Source: a virus (Duplodnaviria; Caudoviricetes). Taken from it: a stretch of DNA of 64,000 nucleotides. Positions within the stretch are counted from its first letter, which is position 1; each line of letters opens with the position of its first letter. Below are positions 57,568 to 64,000 of this stretch, one piece after another. The translations under genes were made by a program, and so were the position numbers. The notes under the pieces were generated by a model, which was not told the DNA's origin, did no database searches, and was given only the letters and a program-made list of their open reading frames with translations. The stretch spans positions 1 through 64,000 of the IMG/VR virus record IMGVR_UViG_3300026176_000228. One strand, given 5' to 3'.

Positions 57568-57717
57568 TTATTTGATATCGATCCTGATGTAATAGCTGTC
57601 ACCAGATGGTACGCGATACGCGGTAATAGTATAGCTGGCGATATTAGTTTCCATCTTAGTCGTACGCTGCATCCGAATCTCATCTATGGCATAGGCAATC
57701 CACTCCGGTATGTTCAT
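57568..57717 (-). CDS. Small hypothetical protein (49 aa)
   Basis: gaggt RBS; fills the gap exactly. Confidence 0.5.
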   Translation of the reverse strand: MNIPEWIAYAIDEIRMQRTTKMETNIASYTITAYRVPSGDSYYIRIDIK

Positions 57718-57735
57718 TTGCAACCTCGTTTCTGG

Positions 57736-57945
57736 TTACTTATGTCTTTCTTCAAGTTCCACCGCGCGTATCCCAATACAAGCCAGGACTTCCAGGGCGG
57801 TATCGCGCCCCATGCCGCGATAGCCTTGTTTGACCATCTTATCAGCCATGCGCGAGATAATGGCGCGGTCCTCTGGACTCAGGTTTTTGAAGGCAGCTTT
57901 CGCGGCAGGCACGACCTGCTTGCGTTGGGTATCATCTAGATTCAC
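57736..57945 (-). CDS. Hypothetical protein
   Basis: aggag RBS plus GTG. Confidence 0.65.
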   Translation of the reverse strand: MNLDDTQRKQVVPAAKAAFKNLSPEDRAIISRMADKMVKQGYRGMGRDTALEVLACIGIRAVELEERHK

Positions 57946-58417
57946 GGAGACTCCTAAGAATTTTCTAAGAATTATTCAATTTCTTTAGCTATCGTATTGC
58001 GTGTGTTTCAGCAAATTGAATCATACCACGGCTATGCTCATCCGACACAGAAGTTACACCTTTTTCAACGAGCCAGGCTGGAATAGGTTTACTGCTCCAC
58101 CAAACGGTCTGTGACAACAAATCAGATATCTCATTATCGTTACTGCGCCAGTAAGCCGCGCGAGTGCCATCTGGTAAATCAAAATTACTGACAACACCAT
58201 AATCAATATCAAGGCCGTTCCAGCGTTCCAGTAACCACCCAAAACCATTATCAATATGCCCCTCGCGAGTCCATACCCACGCCTGATCCTTACTTGTTCC
58301 CGCTTCCCAAGTCGCAACCTTCTTCGTAGTACACAAGATGACTGAATGATATGGCATTTTATGAATATCGGGTTGTGGTCCACGTTTAATTAAGTATAGA
58401 TTCACGGAGACTCCTAA
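57937..58417. repeat. 21-bp direct repeat tagattcacggagactcctaa (57937-57957 and 58397-58417)
   Basis: Identical RBS plus first codons of two adjacent genes. Confidence 0.85.
57989..58405 (-). CDS. Hypothetical protein
   Basis: GTG start within the repeated RBS block. Confidence 0.65.
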   Translation of the reverse strand: MNLYLIKRGPQPDIHKMPYHSVILCTTKKVATWEAGTSKDQAWVWTREGHIDNGFGWLLERWNGLDIDYGVVSNFDLPDGTRAAYWRSNDNEISDLLSQTVWWSSKPIPAWLVEKGVTSVSDEHSRGMIQFAETHAIR

Positions 58418-58419
58418 AA

Positions 58420-58433
58420 TTGGCATATGCTAA
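58420..58433. promoter_or_regulatory. Dispersed palindrome copy 9 (TTGGCATATGCTAA)
   Basis: Abuts the RBS of 57989-58405. Confidence 0.75.
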
Positions 58434-58591
58434 ATCTATATTATTAGTATACCAGAAGGAGTCTGTCTACCACAAGCGCACAAGCAAGTTACGGGTATGA
58501 ATCTAGTATGAATCTTGGTTTGAGGTTGCTTCTCTCCTGCCTCTGTGGTTCAGAGGTTAGTTTGGCGGTCATTTAGTGGGCTAAAGTCAGG

Positions 58592-59524
58592 TCAGTTACA
58601 CAAATTTGGTGGTATAGCGGCTAAATAACCCCTGCTAACTGCTTTAGGAGCCATTAATTTGCGATAAGCTAACCAACTTGCGCTAATACTAGTGGTATCT
58701 ATAGAAAATGTTTGCTTGTGGAGTATCTTACGAGCTTTGAGCTTACGTTCCGCGATGATGCGGAAGAAGATTTGTTGGATGGTCTGCTGATAGCTGACAT
58801 GTTCTTCGACAGTGGTAGGAATCAGGTTGATAGTTTCAGCCACAACTTGCAGATTGATATCCTCGATGACTTCATCAGTAATCGGTTGATCGTTCTCGTC
58901 AGTGATAAAAGCATCTTCGATATCTACCACCACGCCTTCAACCTTGGGCTTGCTGGGCTTGGCTCCCAAGTTACCGGAAAGCTTAGCCCCATGACCGTCA
59001 CGGCGCTCGTAGGGTGTATCCATGATTGTCGCGATGTCATAGGTGATAATATCGTCTGTAGTAACCGTTTCTAATTGGGGCGTGCTAAGCGGTGCGGTGC
59101 TAACAAAGAAAACAATGGCTGTGTCATCGGTTTGAGGAATCCGCAGATAATCACTTTTACCCGCAATACCCTGGGCTTTGATAAAGGTTTTCCACTCAGC
59201 CAGGGGTACCCGCATACGATAGAGGGGTAACGCGCGCTTGTTGGCCGCAGCCATGACCCGCATGAGTGTTTCGCGACCCTCTTGCAGACGTAGATTGTTA
59301 CAAAACTCGCACTCACGGTCATGGCAGTAGAAGGGGCGCATGGCGTAGGAGCCAGTGGCATCATGATAGCAGGCATGTCGCACACCACAGTCGCGCATGC
59401 GTTGCTGGCGTTTTTCTTCGCTGTTGCTACCAGACATAGACTTGAAAGCTTCCGGGTCTTCATCGAGAATAAACTTATGGTCGGTAGCGATAGTTGTAGC
59501 TGGCTCTGGGTTCCAGTCAAACAT
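58592..59524 (-). CDS. Rep-like protein with Cys4 Zn domain
   Basis: RMRDCG...CHDRECEFC resembles the Rep_1/IS91 Zn-binding N-terminus; no HUH motif seen. Confidence 0.55.
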   Translation of the reverse strand: MFDWNPEPATTIATDHKFILDEDPEAFKSMSGSNSEEKRQQRMRDCGVRHACYHDATGSYAMRPFYCHDRECEFCNNLRLQEGRETLMRVMAAANKRALPLYRMRVPLAEWKTFIKAQGIAGKSDYLRIPQTDDTAIVFFVSTAPLSTPQLETVTTDDIITYDIATIMDTPYERRDGHGAKLSGNLGAKPSKPKVEGVVVDIEDAFITDENDQPITDEVIEDINLQVVAETINLIPTTVEEHVSYQQTIQQIFFRIIAERKLKARKILHKQTFSIDTTSISASWLAYRKLMAPKAVSRGYLAAIPPNLCN

Positions 59525-59584
59525 AGATTATAACCTCATATGGATTGTTGTATGACATTGGAAAGTTATCTCGTAGTATCATGT

Positions 59585-59735
59585 ATTATACTCGCTGTTA
59601 GGGCTTCTCGTCAATAGCTTTCTTGTTCCAAAAAGGAGTATACCACAACAGTAAATGCATGTCAAGTACTCAATATACAGAAAAACTCAACCCCTTTTAT
59701 AGCATTTGACATGTGATTTATAATAATGATATGAT
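59585..59735. promoter_or_regulatory. Divergent promoter region
   Basis: Minus strand TTGACG-18-TATAAT (59614-59585) and TTGACA-17-TATACT (59665-59637); plus strand TTGACA-18-TATGAT (59706-59735). Confidence 0.7.
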
Positions 59736-59790
59736 GTGTACATACACAGGTACATAGAAATGTACACAACCCAATCTATGAGGTAAATAT

Positions 59791-60024
59791 ATGGCTCGTA
59801 GAACAGAAGGCATTCGGCAAGTCAATTTCTGGATACCGGAGAGTTTATGGGAGAAATTCTATCAGAGCTATCGGATGACTTCGCACAAATCATTACGGAG
59901 CCTGTTCGAGATGATACTGCAACAGTGGGTGGATGGGCCTGGGGCAACTATCCCCAACCAGAAACCGCTATTTCCTACTCCATCACAGGGTACGCCAACC
60001 CAGAGTGGCGCACCAGAAAGCTGA
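59791..60024 (+). CDS. RHH-like regulator
   Basis: QVNFWIPESLWEKF...SLRSLFEMILQQWV; gaggt RBS. Confidence 0.65.
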   Translation: MARRTEGIRQVNFWIPESLWEKFYQSYRMTSHKSLRSLFEMILQQWVDGPGATIPNQKPLFPTPSQGTPTQSGAPES

Positions 60025-60029
60025 AGCGC

Positions 60030-60392
60030 GTGGGTAAACTCCTGATTGCGGCAGTCATGCTCGCGTTCATTATCTTTGGTTTCCTGACCGTCATTGAAGG
60101 GGAGCAGACCAAGCAGGCCACAGCGGAGATGCAAATCAAGCAGGCTGAGCAGCGCATCGTAGAAGCCGAGAGCCGCGCGCGGGAAGCCGAAGCCCAGGCT
60201 AAGGTCGATACTGAAGTGGCACGTCAGGATGGTAAAACCGAACGCGCGCAGACTTATTCTCTGGCGTTAGTCGCATTGAGTGCAGGTTTCAGTGGAACAG
60301 TAGATATGCTACTGTTTTTAGGCTTCATGTTCATTGCGGCGCTGGCGATTCCGGCTGAAATTATCTTCCTGAAGCGGAAAGGTTGGCTGTAG
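60030..60392 (+). CDS. Membrane protein with coiled coil
   Basis: TM-coil-TM; start uncertain (ORF open from 59847). Confidence 0.6.
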   Translation: MGKLLIAAVMLAFIIFGFLTVIEGEQTKQATAEMQIKQAEQRIVEAESRAREAEAQAKVDTEVARQDGKTERAQTYSLALVALSAGFSGTVDMLLFLGFMFIAALAIPAEIIFLKRKGWL

Positions 60393-60515
60393 ATGGTTGA
60401 AATCGAGATTATCGCACTCTTGAAGTTCTTTGTCGCGAGTAGCCTGGCGAGTGTGGTTTTAGGTATACTGTTAGGTGTGGGGCTACTGTATTATAGTAAG
60501 AAAGTGAGTCAATAG
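60393..60515 (+). CDS. Small single-TM protein (40 aa)
   Basis: Abuts both flanking genes. Confidence 0.5.
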   Translation: MVEIEIIALLKFFVASSLASVVLGILLGVGLLYYSKKVSQ

Positions 60516-60758
60516 ATGGCTGAAGTGATTTGGAATGTCGGAACGGAACCTAAACCCGGTATAAATGTGGAAGAAACGATCAATCAACTAATACCAAGTG
60601 CGCTGGTACTGGTAGGAGTTGCACGCACCACGTATGAAATGACCGGTAAACTGAATACCAGTGGTAAGCCCTTGCCAGCTTTACCGGAAGATTTGCGCAA
60701 AGAGATTACGCTGAATGTGTTGCAGATGTATACTGGAAAGGTACTGAAAGAAAGGTAG
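60516..60758 (+). CDS. Hypothetical protein
   Basis: Operon packing. Confidence 0.65.
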   Translation: MAEVIWNVGTEPKPGINVEETINQLIPSALVLVGVARTTYEMTGKLNTSGKPLPALPEDLRKEITLNVLQMYTGKVLKER

Positions 60759-60761
60759 AGG

Positions 60762-61391
60762 ATGAACTTTTCGCGCGTGCTGAATCCTGATCGCCCTAAG
60801 CCGCAGCCGATAATTGCGCGCACTCCGCAGACCACGCCTAACACGCGCGCGCATGTCGAAACACCCTTAGCCTCAACCATCGTCACGGTAATCATCGTGA
60901 TGGGTATTCCCGCCGCGCTAGTGGGCTTATGGCCGGTGCCGCCGAAATGGATTGTACTGAGTATTATTACCTGGCTAGTGATGAACGCGGCTTGGTTCTG
61001 GCAGAGCAATCTATTTCGCGAAACTATGTGGAAGATTGAGGAAGCTACTGGCGCAGAGTTGACTGGCGATGCTATTCGCGGTAAGCCTTACGCGAGTGTG
61101 ATGCACGGCAAGGGTGGTGCGCCCAGGCCGCTGACGCCGGAGCAAATTCTCAATAAACGCTTCAGTGACTTTTTGGATACCGTGTATCGCATTGAGAGCG
61201 CCGCGTATGCGCGTTTAGTCAAAGAAGGTTGGGAGAACAAAGATGAAATCAAACGCTTCAGGGACGCGGCGATTCAAGCGGGGATATTTATGCAGCATCC
61301 CGATGGACGAGTCGAAGCGTTAGTGACCAGGGAGCGCGCGAAACAGATTGAGAGTAATGTTAGGTGGAATGTCAGGGAAGGGGTGTATTAG
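60762..61391 (+). CDS. Membrane protein (2 TM plus soluble C-terminal domain)
   Basis: Hydrophobic pair; RBS. Confidence 0.7.
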   Translation: MNFSRVLNPDRPKPQPIIARTPQTTPNTRAHVETPLASTIVTVIIVMGIPAALVGLWPVPPKWIVLSIITWLVMNAAWFWQSNLFRETMWKIEEATGAELTGDAIRGKPYASVMHGKGGAPRPLTPEQILNKRFSDFLDTVYRIESAAYARLVKEGWENKDEIKRFRDAAIQAGIFMQHPDGRVEALVTRERAKQIESNVRWNVREGVY

Positions 61392-61637
61392 ATGGGCTTA
61401 GAACTCTGGTTCAAGGAAGATATCAAGAATGTACTGTTGGGCTTAGCGGTGAACGCGCCGCGTATGGGGTTGGATTATAAAGATGAGGGCGAGGAATTTC
61501 AAGCCGGGTATAAAGCGGCACTAGAAGCTGTCGCGGTCAGCTTTGGGATTATGGAACCCATGATGCAAGCGCGGCCACAGTATAGAATTGTGCCGCGCGA
61601 GGCACCGCGACTAACCAGTGGGAATGGCAGGTACTAA
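61392..61637 (+). CDS. Hypothetical protein
   Basis: Operon packing; FQAGYKAALEAVAVSFG. Confidence 0.65.
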   Translation: MGLELWFKEDIKNVLLGLAVNAPRMGLDYKDEGEEFQAGYKAALEAVAVSFGIMEPMMQARPQYRIVPREAPRLTSGNGRY

Positions 61638-61911
61638 GATGAATTGTGGTATTTGCGGTATGCCTATCGCGGAAGGTAAAGCTGATCCGCGACAGAAGAA
61701 TCTGCATATATCCTGGACTGTTTGTGTAGATGTACTGTTAGCCGAAGTTACACGCTTGCGTGCTGAACTACAGGAGCATAAGGACAATCCAACGCAAGGA
61801 CTGGCGCAGATTGGTTATCATGACGTAGAAGCATACTATAAAGAAGAAGAGACAGAGTTGAAGCCCTGCCCGATTTGCGAAGGGCGCGGTACGGTACCTT
61901 GGCTAGATTAA
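61618..61911 (+). CDS. Zn-finger hypothetical protein
   Basis: CGICG...CPICEG. Confidence 0.6.
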   Translation: MGMAGTKMNCGICGMPIAEGKADPRQKNLHISWTVCVDVLLAEVTRLRAELQEHKDNPTQGLAQIGYHDVEAYYKEEETELKPCPICEGRGTVPWLD

Positions 61912-61931
61912 GATCGTGGTGATTGTAATAT

Positions 61932-61964
61932 AAGAGGCTCCCAAAAGTGGGGGCTTCTTTTTTT
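61932..61964 (+). terminator. Intrinsic terminator
   Basis: aagaggctccc aaaagt gggggcttctt followed by T-tract. Confidence 0.7.
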
Positions 61965-62602
61965 ATACCTGCCGTACCAATAAGAGGGCGGGGGGTCTAT
62001 TGATTTGAGCCTTAGTGATTTATTGTACTTGTAGCACACAAGCCACTTGGCATAACGTAATAAAGCAACCTTAGTCACAGTAAACATAATATTTTTAGAT
62101 TTGATTTTATGTCAATTATTTTTGTAAAAAACGCGTCCGTCCGGTCCAGCCGTTATACGTCTACGGCTCCAGAGATAGAGATAGGCAACAGGGCAGGGCA
62201 AGGGAGAACTAGAAACAGCCAGCTAAATTATAGAACTATTGGTCTATCTCTAATCCAACCCACTACTCGGAGCAGGTGAGTGTCAGCAGAAACCAGCCAA
62301 CCTCACCAGTCGCCCACCACCCTACCCTACAGTCACTCCCCTACCATGACTATGCGAAATATCCCAAATGACGCTGCTATAAGAAGTGACAACTGTAATA
62401 TAAGAGTAAGGGAAAAATTGAACTACCCTATAAACCAGTGCCCCCCATTCACAAAAACTTGCCCGCACAATTTTTCTTGACCAGTTTTATTGTGTCATCA
62501 TGTCTTGATGCAAGCCAGGCTGTCAACAAGGATGGATGAGAGTAGGGGTAGTCAGCATATATAGATGCAGGGGCGGCTGTCAGCCAAGCTTGTTGCAGAG
62601 GA

Positions 62603-62756
62603 TGACTATGCGCAATGACTACACGCAAGGCAAGGTGTGACGCGTCTATCGCGCGCGTGACGTGCTGGCTACACGCAATGGCTACACGCAGGAGACTTGC
62701 AAGCTTTGCTGCATGTAGGCGTGGATAGGATGACTACACGCAATGACTACACGCAA
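62603..62756 (+). repeat. Three tandem pairs of 13-mer TG[A/G]CTACACGCAA (iteron-like)
   Basis: Pairs start at 62603, 62666 and 62731; single degenerate copy at 62347. Confidence 0.8.
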
Positions 62757-63850
62757 GGGGTTGCACGGAGCGTGGTCAACGTTGGATGCAAGGTAGGGGC
62801 CAGGCTGCATGGGTCATGGTCTTATGACGTTGCATGGTAAGGTATAGTTTACATGCGCTATTGGCAACGTCGCCCTACAAGGTGGGCTGTATCTTGCACA
62901 TGTCAATGGCGCATGAATACACAAGTGGGGTGCACTTGAACATCTGTGCTATGATTCTTAAAACGATTCAACCTTAACAAGAAAATTGAATGCGTTTCGC
63001 ATAGACCAACATGCTATGTTACGCGTAACACGGCATTGTAAGCTCATATCTACCACAAGTCTTGTGATTGCACCATATTGCACTAGATAAAACGTTTTCC
63101 TTCGTGATAGCAGTCATCCAGGATTGACACAAAGAACGTGCGTTCTACAATGTCATATGTACTTGCATCCTGGTATAGTGCAAGTCATGACGCATTGGCA
63201 ATACAAGTGGGATTTAGCCGGTTTTAGCCGCGCGTCTAGGCGTGCGTCATGTAGGATTGCAAGATGAACCTGGACTTGCAGCAACATTACGATGAACCTT
63301 AAAGTTTTGCAATCTAAAATATGTCATGGTAACAAACACATCAAACACGTTTATACTACGTGCGCACGGGCAACCCGCGCAGTTCCACCGCACCTTGACA
63401 ACGTGAGACGCGACCTAAGCACAGCGCAACGCGCCAAGGCAGCGGGTTGCGTCTCACTACATCCCCAAGTCATAAAGGACGTGCTACCACTACGCAAGGG
63501 TAATCAGAGGTTATGGCATACATTCTCCGTATGCTGGCGCAATCGCTAACGTCGATTCGCAGACGTAGGACAGATTGACGCTAACCTACCTTATCCCCAT
63601 GCAAGCATAGCACGGAAATAATGCCGTAAGGCACACTAGCACGGCTTTAGCACAGCATAGGCTAGTGGACGTTAAAGGGATAGACTTCCTTATACTAGCA
63701 CAGACGTGCAAGATTGTAGTTATACGCTGTGCATAGCTTAGGTGTAAGGAAGAGGTTGCATCACTTCCCGCGCTAGTATGCGCAAGGTTGTACAAAGTCT
63801 ATACAAACATTGTGCATATGTGGCTGGCCGTCATAGACCACGCGGGATAT

Positions 63851-63864
63851 TTGGCATATGCCAA
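63851..63864. promoter_or_regulatory. Dispersed palindrome copy 10 (TTGGCATATGCCAA)
   Basis: Upstream of ORF 63918. Confidence 0.75.
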
Positions 63865-63917
63865 AAGGTTCAATCGCAACCTACAATGCGATATATAGCA
63901 CAAGAGGAGATTCTATC

Positions 63918-64000
63918 ATGGCACGCACTAGCAAATCAACACAATCGAACGTGAAGCAGATGTCTGAAGCAATCGCAGAATTCGAAAAGGAGAATCCCAT
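63918..64000 (+). CDS. Start of a gene truncated by the window end
   Basis: gaggag RBS plus MARTSKSTQSNVKQM. Confidence 0.6.
   Translation, partial: MARTSKSTQSNVKQMSEAIAEFEKENP

Noticed and set aside
62603-62756. Possible mini CRISPR array
   Set aside because: Repeats are tandem 13-mers, degenerate and non-palindromic, and no cas genes are present
62280-63795. ORFs 62280, 63292 and 63586
   Set aside because: No RBS and atypical composition, within an apparently non-coding region

Overview
A 64-kb segment of a larger tailed dsDNA phage genome, siphovirus-like. The host may be Chloroflexota, which is an inference from YLP-like motifs and from CHAT and SH3 proteins. The + strand arm (1-16098) carries DNA metabolism genes: four orphan DNA methyltransferases, a GIY-YIG protein, thioredoxin, ThyA, a MazG-like protein, and a DinG/XPD-type helicase with two LAGLIDADG inteins. 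The - strand arm (16095-59524) carries morphogenesis genes: an XkdF-like protease, scaffold, cement, major capsid, adaptor, two tail tubes, a frameshifting tail chaperone, tape measure and tail tip. It also carries a mosaic high-GC block of carbohydrate-binding and hydrolase proteins, a TnpB element, and a near-complete nonulosonic-acid (pseudaminic/legionaminic-like) biosynthesis cluster, with candidate transferases placed among the virion genes. Three group I introns are not visible in the ORF track. One splits the major capsid gene and carries an antisense HNH ORF. Two ORF-less introns lie in tandem in a glycosyltransferase gene, separated by a 21-nt micro-exon. Non-coding signals include a 14-bp palindrome (TT[G/A]GCATATGC[C/T]AA) in 10 dispersed copies, promoter-leader-terminator units (two carry a seed complementary to the start of a Rep-like gene), phased 13-mer repeats, and an apparent excess of CGCG. 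No terminase, portal, integrase, tRNA or CRISPR array was recognised. All calls come from reading the sequence; no database searches were run.
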